DNA from: a virus
Taxonomy: Duplodnaviria; Heunggongvirae; Uroviricota; Caudoviricetes
Reading direction: 5' to 3' (one strand)
IMG/VR virus record: IMGVR_UViG_3300020721_000006
Length of the DNA: 64,000 nucleotides
Shown: piece by piece, positions 27,719 to 36,255 of the stretch
Numbering within the stretch: the stretch's first letter is position 1
How the letters are laid out: each line of letters begins with the position of its first letter
Made by a program: the position numbers and the translations under genes
The notes under the pieces: model-generated
The model's input: only the letters and a program-made list of their open reading frames with translations
Told to the model about the DNA's origin: nothing
Databases searched by the model: none

Positions 27719-28783
27719 ATGACATATTATATTAAGCAAGGCGACATCTTTAAACCTAGTTCAGAAGCATCTTTAGACATTCGTAATGAATTACCAGTTG
27801 GTAATTATACAATTGGTAAAGATATGTATGATAACTTCTTTTTTCAAACAGTTGATTCATTTACATTACCTAATAAACGCTATGGTGATAATACCAAATA
27901 TAGTGAACGTATCTTTAATACTTTCGTAAAAAGAGAAAATGCAACTGGTGTTCTATTAACTGGTGAAAAAGGATCTGGTAAAAGTCTATTAGCTAAATGC
28001 CTTTCTAGCAAAGCAGCTGAGAATAATATTCCAACTATTATTATCAATGCACCTTGGCATGGTGATGGATTTAATAACCTAATTCAAAGCATCCAACAAC
28101 CATGTGTTATATTGTTTGATGAGTTTGAAAAAGTATATGATTCACAACAACAAGAAGCAGTTCTTACACTATTAGATGGTACATTCCCATCTAAGAAATT
28201 GTTTGTGCTAACTTGTAATGATCAGTGGCGTATTGATAGCAATATGCGTAATCGTCCAGGTCGTATTTTTTATTCTATTGAATTTAAAGGTCTATCTGTG
28301 GAATTCATTAAAGAATACTGTGAAGATAAGTTAGAGAATAAAACACATATCGAAACTTTATGTAAAGTATCAACACTTTACGAGCAATTTAACTTTGATA
28401 TGCTTCAAGGAATTGTGGAAGATATGAATCGATATGATGAAAGTCCACAAGAGGCATTGCAATTATTAAATGCTAAACCAGAGTACAGTAATAAAATGTC
28501 ATTTACTTGTGCTATGTCATTAAATGGTAGATGGTTGGAACAAAAAGAATTCTACTCTAATGGCTGGCAGGGCAATCCATTGTCTTCTCGTAAAAGCATT
28601 GAATATCTTAGAGTTGACGAAGATGGTGATGAATTCTGGGATAATTATGAACAGTTTGAACATAATGATTTAATTAATGTTGATGCAACCGCTGGTACTT
28701 TTACATTTAAAAATAACAACGGTAATGTTTTAATCTTGACTAAAAAAACTTATGCGAAACATAATTTCTTTGATGCATTCTAA
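27719..28783 (+). CDS. AAA+ ATPase (classical AAA domain)
   Basis: Walker A GEKGSGKS, Walker B ILFDEFEK, sensor-1 TCND, arginine-finger/sensor-2-like NMRNRPGRIF. Confidence 0.65.
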   Translation: MTYYIKQGDIFKPSSEASLDIRNELPVGNYTIGKDMYDNFFFQTVDSFTLPNKRYGDNTKYSERIFNTFVKRENATGVLLTGEKGSGKSLLAKCLSSKAAENNIPTIIINAPWHGDGFNNLIQSIQQPCVILFDEFEKVYDSQQQEAVLTLLDGTFPSKKLFVLTCNDQWRIDSNMRNRPGRIFYSIEFKGLSVEFIKEYCEDKLENKTHIETLCKVSTLYEQFNFDMLQGIVEDMNRYDESPQEALQLLNAKPEYSNKMSFTCAMSLNGRWLEQKEFYSNGWQGNPLSSRKSIEYLRVDEDGDEFWDNYEQFEHNDLINVDATAGTFTFKNNNGNVLILTKKTYAKHNFFDAF

Positions 28784-29021
28784 GTTAATGAACAACGATA
28801 ATTCTTGGGGATGGTTAGTTGTATTACTACTAGTATTTACTGGCCATCCATTAGCATTGGTGATATTATGACCGCATTATTTATGTTTAGATGTTTTTAT
28901 ACTTAATATTTGGAATGATATTACATGATATTGACTTAAAACTATTTCTTGCTGCACTTGGAATCCTTATGCTAATTTCAGTTGTAACATATGTTGAAGG
29001 ATATATTGAAGGGTATAGCTC

Positions 29022-29468
29022 ATGAAAATATTTGAAATAATTGCAGACAAACTCTCAAAGTCATATATTTTTGAAATGGCATTTGATAGGAAAGATGTTG
29101 AAGCGAGGATTACATCAATTGCTGATCCAATTGTTGAACACTTAGTTAAAGCTTTAAAATGGGAGGATCCAGTTAATTATGAAAAACATTTAGGTGATAT
29201 AAACAATTGGTTATTTCAAATTCAACGATTGAAAATGAAAAACAATAAAAAACCAACTCAACATGATTATTATACTTGGATGTTTACTGATGTAGCACAA
29301 GACGAATTAACAATTAGTAGATTTGTCAAAGGATTACATAGATATCACCATCTACCAATAATTAAAACTGATGATGAAGTTTTTAATATAATTAAGAATA
29401 TTTTATACCAATTAAGTTATGATTTGGCATTGAATAAATTTGATGATATAAATCATTATTTGAAATAG
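29022..29468 (+). CDS. hypothetical protein with CTS-like N-terminus MKIFEIIADK (possibly DUF29-like)
   Basis: ORF; HLVKALKWEDP motif. Confidence 0.5.
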   Translation: MKIFEIIADKLSKSYIFEMAFDRKDVEARITSIADPIVEHLVKALKWEDPVNYEKHLGDINNWLFQIQRLKMKNNKKPTQHDYYTWMFTDVAQDELTISRFVKGLHRYHHLPIIKTDDEVFNIIKNILYQLSYDLALNKFDDINHYLK

Positions 29469-29476
29469 AAAACAAA

Positions 29477-29662
29477 ATGAAAATTTGTAAACGAAATGAA
29501 AAATGGAAATCCTTCAGCGACTACATCTACAAAACTGTTGCATGGAGTGATGATGAATTACCATATTGTCCGATATGTGGAATGTGTTCATATGATTCAG
29601 ATTATAGTAAAACACACGATTATTTTAAATTAAATGAAGGAATTGAAAAATATGAATTTTAA
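29477..29662 (+). CDS. zinc-finger-like small protein
   Basis: CPICGMC motif. Confidence 0.4.
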   Translation: MKICKRNEKWKSFSDYIYKTVAWSDDELPYCPICGMCSYDSDYSKTHDYFKLNEGIEKYEF

Positions 29663-29816
29663 TATATACACAGTACTAAGACTAATTTTATGTGGTGCCT
29701 TTGGGTTCCTAAGTGGATTTTGGTTAACATTACCACATGCAATAATTTTAATTTTGTTGGCAATAGTGATTTCTGCAATAGCAATGTATGAAGGGGAAGC
29801 AAGTGTCAGAAGGTAA
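29652..29816 (+). CDS. small two-TM membrane protein
   Basis: hydrophobic ORF. Confidence 0.35.
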   Translation: MNFNIYTVLRLILCGAFGFLSGFWLTLPHAIILILLAIVISAIAMYEGEASVRR

Positions 29817-29817
29817 T

Positions 29818-29982
29818 ATGTCTACAATTACAATAGATTTACCAGATGAAATACTATTTCAACTAATGTTGTTAGCTCACGAACGTGATATCACATTGAA
29901 TAAATTAATAGAAAGCATTCTGCGTGAATATATTGATAGAATAGAACCATCTGAAGCAGATAATCAATTGACAGGTTGTTAA
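29818..29982 (+). CDS. ribbon-helix-helix (CopG/Arc-like) DNA-binding protein
   Basis: MSTITIDLPDEILFQLMLLAHERDITLNKLIESILREY = beta-strand + two helices typical of RHH. Confidence 0.5.
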   Translation: MSTITIDLPDEILFQLMLLAHERDITLNKLIESILREYIDRIEPSEADNQLTGC

Positions 29983-29996
29983 CAACCTGTTATAAT
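29968..29996 (+). promoter_or_regulatory. consensus promoter whose spacer is a perfect 20-bp palindrome ACAGGTTGTTAACAACCTGT (candidate operator)
   Basis: -35 29968-29973, -10 29991-29996, palindrome 29971-29990. Confidence 0.6.
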
Positions 29997-30024
29997 AGAA
30001 TTTTTAATTTAAACAGAGAATAAT

Positions 30025-30303
30025 ATGAAAATCAAAACTAGAGTTAAATTTTCGGACAAAGGCCATTTATTAGTTGATGTACCATATAAACATGGTAATG
30101 TAACTTGGGCATTGAACTTCCATAGAAATCATTTTGACTGGATCCTTTTTAATAAACCAGACAAGTATAGTCCAACTAGAGTTACATTGGATCATCACAG
30201 TATTTTGAATGGTAAGAAATTACGTTCACAAATGATTTCAAAGGCAGCTGCCTCTCATCAATATGGTGTTTTAGACAAAATCAAGGCTACCATTAAGGGG
30301 TAA
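30025..30303 (+). CDS. hypothetical protein (92 aa)
   Basis: ORF. Confidence 0.5.
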   Translation: MKIKTRVKFSDKGHLLVDVPYKHGNVTWALNFHRNHFDWILFNKPDKYSPTRVTLDHHSILNGKKLRSQMISKAAASHQYGVLDKIKATIKG

Positions 30304-30305
30304 CT

Positions 30306-30428
30306 ATGAAAAAAATAAAAGATACAATCATTGCCATTACATTGGTAGTGGTTGGATTGACCTTTGCATTTTTAATAGGTATCGGTGCATATGAAACCCT
30401 TACCAAAATAAGATTATTATTACAATGA
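30306..30428 (+). CDS. small membrane peptide (40 aa)
   Basis: one TM; followed by another 31-aa TM peptide 30426-30521. Confidence 0.3.
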   Translation: MKKIKDTIIAITLVVVGLTFAFLIGIGAYETLTKIRLLLQ

Positions 30429-30548
30429 ACATAATATTATATACCATTTTAACGTGCTTGGCTGCTGCAATAATTCATTACGATTTGTATGTAGTATTTG
30501 CAATGCCAATAATATTATAAAAGTTATATCATTTTAAACGGAGAGAAG

Positions 30549-30770
30549 ATGAAAGAGAAAATTAAGGAAATAGCTCAACAAGCTGGATTAGTAGCAGATA
30601 ACAATATATTTAGATTAGAACACTTTGCTGAATTAATTGCAATGGATGTTATATCCATTATCACAAGTCAGCAAAGTGATACCGAATTCTTAGATGATTG
30701 GGATTATGGATATGATGCAGCCTTGGATAAAACTGAAAATGACTTAAGAAAATATTTTGGAGTTGATTAA
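30549..30770 (+). CDS. FAEL-HFGV family small protein
   Basis: MKEKIKEIAQQAG ... FAELIAMDV ... KYFGVD. Confidence 0.5.
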   Translation: MKEKIKEIAQQAGLVADNNIFRLEHFAELIAMDVISIITSQQSDTEFLDDWDYGYDAALDKTENDLRKYFGVD

Positions 30771-30822
30771 TGCGAAAACCTAACAGTAATTATAATTACT
30801 GTTAGGGAATTATATAAGTTTA

Positions 30823-31410
30823 TTATAATTTTAATTTTTTAAGATTAAATGGGAGGCGTCCTGGAACACATTCTTCTGGACAGGATGAGCTTAAGAAAGA
30901 ACGTTGTCCATTATTATACCATTTATAATTTTCTCGTGACTTAGTTCTTTGGGCAATTGCATCAGCCGGTTGTTGTTTTCCACGTTTTACTGCTGCATTA
31001 TTTTCTTTATGTTCCGCAGTTTGTGGTCCATAACGTTGCCCTTTCTTAACAGATGCCATATGCTGTTTGTATTCTGCAGTGCGAACTTTTCCAGAATTAG
31101 CAATTGATAATTTTTTAATAGTTTCAATAGAATGCTTACCACTATGACCAGCTTCTTCTTTAAGATTAGCCCATTCAGTGCTTTCAACTACATTCCATAA
31201 ATTACTATAATATAAACCCCATTCTTCAATTTCGCTCATGCTTTGACATTCTTTGAGAATTATTGTTTCAACATCATATCCATGTTTTTTGATGTGTAAT
31301 TTCCATTTAACTCCAGAACCTTTATAATTGTATGGGTCTGGTTTAGTTGTCATTCCTAAATATTTAAGGCCGGTTTTTCTATGTGTTTTTTGGTATAGAT
31401 AAATAATCAT
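30823..31410 (-). CDS. GIY-YIG homing endonuclease with NUMOD3 repeats
   Basis: IYLYQKTH ... KYLGMT nuclease motif; HSIETIKKLS and KHSxE-type repeats. Confidence 0.8.
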   Translation of the reverse strand: MIIYLYQKTHRKTGLKYLGMTTKPDPYNYKGSGVKWKLHIKKHGYDVETIILKECQSMSEIEEWGLYYSNLWNVVESTEWANLKEEAGHSGKHSIETIKKLSIANSGKVRTAEYKQHMASVKKGQRYGPQTAEHKENNAAVKRGKQQPADAIAQRTKSRENYKWYNNGQRSFLSSSCPEECVPGRLPFNLKKLKL

Positions 31411-31475
31411 GTTGATACTCCATATAGTATTAAAGTAGATGGGAAGTCCAATTCCGCGATCTACACTTATTTATC
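31411..31475 (-). promoter_or_regulatory. HEG leader module: GATAAATAAG late-type box + hairpin GTAGAT-CGCGGAATTGGACTTCCC-ATCTAC + GGAG RBS
   Basis: conserved with 3504-3560, 35563-35665, 47809-47876, 49943-50010. Confidence 0.5.
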
Positions 31476-31484
31476 ATTTTCTTC

Positions 31485-31513
31485 TTGACATTTATACTTC
31501 ATTATAATATAAT
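31485..31513 (+). promoter_or_regulatory. consensus promoter TTGACA-N17-TATAAT
   Basis: -35 31485-31490, -10 31508-31513. Confidence 0.55.
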
Positions 31514-31544
31514 ATACTCTTATAAACTATAAAATATTAAAAAT

Positions 31545-32048
31545 ATGAATGATAAACCATTATGCATAATGCTTGTAGGTATTCCAGGTAGTGGAAAATC
31601 CTATTTTAACCAATATTCATTATATGAAATGTTCCCGCAATTATCACATGATAATACTGTATTTGTGAGCACAGACAAGTATATTGAACAATACGCAACT
31701 CAACACAATAAAACTTATAATGAGGTGTTTCAAGAACAAATTAAACCAGCCACTAAAAATATGTATGACATGGTAGAAGATGCAGTTAATAATAATAAAA
31801 ACATATCATGGGACCAAACAAATACCAGTGTTAAAACAAGATCATTTAAAATTAAAGCAGTTCCTGATACCTATGAGAAAATTGCTGTCATGTTTATGAC
31901 ACCAGAAGATAAAGAACACGCTAGACGATTAGCATCACGACCTGGTAAGAATATACCAGATGAAATAATGGCTAATATGAAAGCACAATTAGAAATTCCA
32001 ACCGAAAAGGAAGGATTTGATAATATTATTTTTGTAGATAACAAATAG
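31545..32048 (+). CDS. P-loop kinase (AAA_33-like; polynucleotide/nucleotide kinase candidate)
   Basis: Walker A MLVGIPGSGKSY at N-terminus, 167 aa. Confidence 0.5.
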   Translation: MNDKPLCIMLVGIPGSGKSYFNQYSLYEMFPQLSHDNTVFVSTDKYIEQYATQHNKTYNEVFQEQIKPATKNMYDMVEDAVNNNKNISWDQTNTSVKTRSFKIKAVPDTYEKIAVMFMTPEDKEHARRLASRPGKNIPDEIMANMKAQLEIPTEKEGFDNIIFVDNK

Positions 32049-32059
32049 AAGGAATAAAA

Positions 32060-32290
32060 ATGCCAAAGAAAATCGAAGCGTTAACAGTACCAACTTTTGC
32101 TGATGTGGAAAAAGATGGGGATTGGTATCATATACTAATACCAGATCATGAAGTGTGTGAAGCACAACTTATAAGATGGGATTTTAATTATGATCTATGG
32201 CAATCGTTAATAATCCCAAATGATAGCAGAGATGAGGCATTTTGTTATTTTATGTATGAAGATGGTATAAGATTTTCTGATACATTTTAA
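32060..32290 (+). CDS. hypothetical protein
   Basis: AGGAATAAAA RBS. Confidence 0.45.
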   Translation: MPKKIEALTVPTFADVEKDGDWYHILIPDHEVCEAQLIRWDFNYDLWQSLIIPNDSRDEAFCYFMYEDGIRFSDTF

Positions 32291-32298
32291 GGAATATA

Positions 32299-32562
32299 AT
32301 GAGCAATCATATTTATTGGGTTGAAGTCCTTGAAAGAGAACCAGGTACCTTAGATAGCAAACAAGTTTTAAATGAATATCCATTCCCAGAGGTACCATTT
32401 GAACCATTTGGGTTTGACTTGGAACTGTTCAAAGAACAACTTAACAAAATTGAAAATAGGCACCAACGGCTTGCTTCACAGAACAGATTTAACTTTATTA
32501 CTGAACGATGGCATCCAAATAATTTTCTTAGAGTTGTAAGAAAACCTTGGAAATATGCTTGA
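32299..32562 (+). CDS. hypothetical protein
   Basis: ORF. Confidence 0.45.
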   Translation: MSNHIYWVEVLEREPGTLDSKQVLNEYPFPEVPFEPFGFDLELFKEQLNKIENRHQRLASQNRFNFITERWHPNNFLRVVRKPWKYA

Positions 32563-32587
32563 CAAACTATACAATAACCAGTATAAT
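32559..32587 (+). promoter_or_regulatory. consensus promoter TTGACA-N17-TATAAT inside 3' end of previous gene
   Basis: -35 32559-32564, -10 32582-32587. Confidence 0.5.
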
Positions 32588-32614
32588 ATAATCTTTAATT
32601 ACACAGGAACATGC

Positions 32615-32806
32615 ATGAGCACATTTTATAAAATAGTTTTATCAATAGTTGTAATTTTTATACAACTATTCTTTATAGCACCTTGGTTGGTTTCACAACC
32701 ATCTGATACTACTGTAATAACTGGTTTTGTTGATTTAATTTTATTGATTCCACAAGGATGGCTATTGGGTAAATGGATTGGTTTAACATTCGATAAGGAA
32801 CAATAA
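32615..32806 (+). CDS. two-TM membrane protein
   Basis: start placed downstream of promoter. Confidence 0.4.
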   Translation: MSTFYKIVLSIVVIFIQLFFIAPWLVSQPSDTTVITGFVDLILLIPQGWLLGKWIGLTFDKEQ

Positions 32807-33186
32807 TGGACTTTACGATAGAACAATATTTAGACACCATTGATTACAAAATTGGTGATGGATCTAAATTTATGTGGTCTTGTTTTGGACCAAAAGCATA
32901 TCAATATACATATGCCGCAATAAACTTTACAAGCTATGTCTTCGAATTAAATATGATTTTTGATACAGAAACTAGAATTGTATATGTAGTTGAGTTTTGT
33001 GTTGTTGAAGGCGATAAAGTATACAAATGTTTCAATCCAGAATTTAAAGAAGCATACGATACAGAAGAAAAAATCAAGAATGAAAGCCTTGGGTTTGAGC
33101 CTATTGAATATGAAGATTATACTGATAGAACACATGAGTTTAAAAATTTAGTAAACAGTTATTTTAACAAAATAGAGATTGTGTAA
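32806..33186 (+). CDS. hypothetical protein (126 aa)
   Basis: ORF. Confidence 0.5.
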   Translation: MDFTIEQYLDTIDYKIGDGSKFMWSCFGPKAYQYTYAAINFTSYVFELNMIFDTETRIVYVVEFCVVEGDKVYKCFNPEFKEAYDTEEKIKNESLGFEPIEYEDYTDRTHEFKNLVNSYFNKIEIV

Positions 33187-33407
33187 TGTGTACACCCAAA
33201 GAAAAAGCAGAAATTGACAAAGAAGTCCACGAATGGTGGTCTAGAAATCAAGATGTTGTAGAAAAAATCAATAATTCAATGAACATGGTTGAAATCAATT
33301 CTGATATAACAATTGACAATTTTTCAGACACTATAGATAAGTTAATTCAAAAATCAGAGAGATACCATAAGGAATTTTTAGATGAAATTAAAGGAAATAA
33401 TACTTAA
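33186..33407 (+). CDS. hypothetical protein (73 aa)
   Basis: ORF. Confidence 0.45.
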   Translation: MCTPKEKAEIDKEVHEWWSRNQDVVEKINNSMNMVEINSDITIDNFSDTIDKLIQKSERYHKEFLDEIKGNNT

Positions 33408-33669
33408 GCCAGAATTAATAAATTGGGACATATTGAAGAACCCAGAAATTGCAAAACCGGTATATAAATTATTTAAATATTACAAAGATATTTCTCATAA
33501 GTTTTCAATTCCATCTACCGATTTATATAACAACTATCAAATAACAGATATAATAATTGATTTACATAAAATTAAACATGATGCATTATTTATATTTTCA
33601 AATACAGATCAAATTATTAAAGTGATAGATAGACTAATTAGTTATTTTGAATATAATGAATTATCATAA
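33382..33669 (+). CDS. hypothetical protein; paralog of 23344-23631
   Basis: shared C-terminal motif. Confidence 0.5.
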   Translation: MKLKEIILKPELINWDILKNPEIAKPVYKLFKYYKDISHKFSIPSTDLYNNYQITDIIIDLHKIKHDALFIFSNTDQIIKVIDRLISYFEYNELS

Positions 33670-33694
33670 TTTTTAACAAAACAGAGAGTAAAAC

Positions 33695-34549
33695 ATGAAG
33701 AAAATTTTAGCAGTATTAGCATTTGCATTTTTAATAACCGGTTGCAGTGATGTTCCGTCTGGATACGTTGGTATTAAGGTAAATCTTCTTGGTTCTGAAA
33801 AAGGGGTAGATCTACAAGAGTTAGGGACCGGTCGATATTGGATTGGTATTAATGAAAAATTATATACATTTCCGGTATTTTCACAGAACCAAGTTTGGAC
33901 AAAAGATAGTAATGAAGGAAGTCCAAACGATGACAGTGTGACCTTTAATACTGAAGAAGGGCTTTCTGTTAACACCGACATTGGTATATCTTATAGTATA
34001 GATCCAAAGCGGGTATCTCTAATCTTTCAAAAATATAGAAAAGGTATAGATGAAATTACTTCTATATACATGAGAAGCATGGTGCGTGATGCATTAGTAG
34101 CAGAAGCATCTTCTAGGTCAATGGAAAGTATTTATGGTAGAGGAAAAACTGATTTTATAGCTGCTGTCCAACACCGGGTTATATCACAAACAGAACCACT
34201 TGGTATAATTGTAGAGAAGATTTATTTAATTGGTGAGTTAAGATTGCCACAAAGTGTTATTTCTTCGATAAATGCAAAAATTGAAGCCACACAGAAGACA
34301 GCACAAAGAGAAAATGAGGTTGCCCAGTCGAAAGCAGAGGCCGATAAATTAGAGCAAACCGCTAGAGGGGAAGCAAATTCAAAATTGCTTTTAGCAGAAG
34401 CGGAAGCCAAAGCTATTAAAATAAAAGGTGATGCTCTATCAGCTAATCCAAAATTGGTAGAATTATCAGCAGTAGAAAAATGGAACGGGGTTTTACCACA
34501 ATATATGATGGGTTCGACAACACCATTTATAAATATGTCTTCAAAATAG
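33695..34549 (+). CDS. SPFH/band-7 (stomatin/HflC-like) lipoprotein
   Basis: signal peptide + lipobox LITGC; SPFH core followed by Ala/Glu/Lys-rich coiled coil. Confidence 0.7.
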   Translation: MKKILAVLAFAFLITGCSDVPSGYVGIKVNLLGSEKGVDLQELGTGRYWIGINEKLYTFPVFSQNQVWTKDSNEGSPNDDSVTFNTEEGLSVNTDIGISYSIDPKRVSLIFQKYRKGIDEITSIYMRSMVRDALVAEASSRSMESIYGRGKTDFIAAVQHRVISQTEPLGIIVEKIYLIGELRLPQSVISSINAKIEATQKTAQRENEVAQSKAEADKLEQTARGEANSKLLLAEAEAKAIKIKGDALSANPKLVELSAVEKWNGVLPQYMMGSTTPFINMSSK

Positions 34550-34557
34550 GTTTAACT

Positions 34558-34584
34558 ACATCCAGACGGTTACCGTCTGGATGT
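34558..34584. terminator. 12-bp perfect hairpin ACATCCAGACGG-tta-CCGTCTGGATGT between convergent genes
   Basis: strong stem, weak U-tract. Confidence 0.45.
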
Positions 34585-34596
34585 ACTATCAAAAAA

Positions 34597-35562
34597 TTAT
34601 TTTGGATGATTGCGATTATAAGTTTCTTTATATTTTAATCTTGACTGCAGTTTTTGTTCGGCGGTCCTACCACTTTTTGTTTGTTTTTCTTTCCGTTTTC
34701 GTTCATTCTCCTGTTCAGGAGTTCTAGCAGCATGAGAATTTTTTAGTTTTAGTGTTATTACTAATTTTTCTTCTGGTGTTTTAGCATCAAATGTAGCTTT
34801 GCGCTTTGCTATAATATCTAATTTTTCTTCTAACGGTTTTGCCTCGATGGTTGCTTTAAGTGTTGTTTTTTGTTTTTCTATTTGAGTTTGTTTTTCTTCA
34901 GGTGACCTAGCATTCTTTGTTTTCCATTCTTTTTGTTTAGTTTCCAATTTTTCTTCTGATGTTCTATTAATTTTAGCTAATCTTTGTTTTTCTTTCGTTG
35001 CTAATTTTTCCTCTGGAGATTTTGCATCTTCTGTAGCTTTTTTCTTTGCATTGACCAATAATCTTTCTGCTGGGGTTCTTGAAGTTTTTGCTAGTCGTTG
35101 CTTTTCTTTAATTGTATAGTTTTCTTCTGCACTTCTAGCTGCTTCTGTAGCTTTTTTCTTTTCTGCAATTAATGTTTTTTCATACAAACATTTAGCCTTT
35201 CTAGTTATTGCAGTTTTTGCAATAGAATCTTCAGTAGCATGAAATTTATTACCACCGTTATTTTTATTAAGCCAATATGGACTTTTCGCTGCATTAATTC
35301 TTGTTAAGAACTTATGTTCCCAAGCGACTGTATCTTTTCTAGTTTTAAATATTTTTCGTATTTGAACAGAAAATAATTCCTTGCCATGTAGAGCAATTAG
35401 ATTTTTTATTTCTTTTGATGATGTAAAATATGTCACCCAAAACTCAGTTGGATTTGCCACATTTTTTCTACTATTTGCATACCTACATCCGTAATAACGT
35501 TGGCCGGTTATTAGAAATGTTATGCAATATGTATACGGGACATAAATAAGTTTGTTGGTCAT
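34597..35562 (-). CDS. GIY-YIG-like endonuclease N-domain fused to long array of ~25-aa RTPEEKL/KEKQRLAK repeats
   Basis: N-terminus homologous to ORF 3569 (PYTY ... TGQ.YYG ... WEHK ... WLNKNNGG). Confidence 0.65.
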   Translation of the reverse strand: MTNKLIYVPYTYCITFLITGQRYYGCRYANSRKNVANPTEFWVTYFTSSKEIKNLIALHGKELFSVQIRKIFKTRKDTVAWEHKFLTRINAAKSPYWLNKNNGGNKFHATEDSIAKTAITRKAKCLYEKTLIAEKKKATEAARSAEENYTIKEKQRLAKTSRTPAERLLVNAKKKATEDAKSPEEKLATKEKQRLAKINRTSEEKLETKQKEWKTKNARSPEEKQTQIEKQKTTLKATIEAKPLEEKLDIIAKRKATFDAKTPEEKLVITLKLKNSHAARTPEQENERKRKEKQTKSGRTAEQKLQSRLKYKETYNRNHPK

Positions 35563-35665
35563 AATTGTTTCCTTAAATAATTGTTAGAATGATTAATGCT
35601 TATGGGAATTTGCCGTTCCGCGATAAGCAACCGATTTTCTCAATCGATGTATTTATTTATATAAA
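35563..35665 (-). promoter_or_regulatory. HEG leader module: TATAAATAAATA late box + hairpin GCTTAT-CGCGGAACGGCAAATTCCC-ATAAGC
   Basis: same architecture as other HEG leaders. Confidence 0.45.
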
Positions 35666-35689
35666 AAACTAATTTACGTCGTTTCTTTC

Positions 35690-35718
35690 TTGTAATAGCA
35701 CAAAAAATGTGTTATAAT
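35690..35718 (+). promoter_or_regulatory. near-consensus promoter TTGTAA-N17-TATAAT
   Basis: -35 35690-35695, -10 35713-35718. Confidence 0.5.
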
Positions 35719-35742
35719 ATTTCAAATAATTTAATTTTTATA

Positions 35743-35763
35743 CCCTCTTCGGAGGGCTTTTCT
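35743..35763 (+). promoter_or_regulatory. leader hairpin CCCTC-TTCG-GAGGG followed by CUUUUCU (attenuator/stabiliser candidate)
   Basis: tetraloop hairpin 17 nt downstream of predicted TSS. Confidence 0.4.
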
Positions 35764-35776
35764 GCGTGGTGAAGAA

Positions 35777-36083
35777 ATGATAGACATAAATGAATACGTA
35801 ATACATACAAAAAAAATCTATATTTGGTAATAACCAAGCAGTCTTCAAATTCCCAAATGGATACGGCGCATCATTAATCCAAGGACCAACAACATATGGT
35901 GGTGATGAAGGATTATTTGAACTAGGTGTGTTGATATTTAGTGATGCCGGATGGGAGTTATGCTATACCACATCAATAGCAGATGATGTTATTGGTAATT
36001 TAAATGAAGATGATGTAGTAGAAATATTAAATAAGATTTATAAATTAAACAAGAGAATAACAAATGAAAATATCCAGGACTGA
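35777..36083 (+). pseudogene. hypothetical protein interrupted by frameshift in A8 run (35809-35816)
   Basis: ATG 35777 reads 17 codons then stops; removing one A joins a clean 100-aa ORF ending at 36081-36083. Confidence 0.45.
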
Positions 36084-36255
36084 ATTAAACAAGATACAAG
36101 AAACATTAAACAAATTTCCAGATGTACAGGAATTTAAAATTATTAAAGAAGGTAGTAGTGGTATTGGGAACATATTAAGTATTATGTTTAACCAAGAAGT
36201 AAACGGTGTAATGGCAGCAGTGCAAATAGAAATATCTGGTGTGGAGGATTGGTAG
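36064..36255 (+). CDS. hypothetical protein (63 aa)
   Basis: ORF; followed in frame, after TAG, by ORF 36256-36438. Confidence 0.4.
   Translation: MKISRTELNKIQETLNKFPDVQEFKIIKEGSSGIGNILSIMFNQEVNGVMAAVQIEISGVEDW

Noticed and set aside
34558-34584. 12-bp perfect hairpin considered as strong intrinsic terminator
   Set aside because: Retained only as a weak terminator call: no proper U-tract on either strand, may instead be an RNA stability or processing element.
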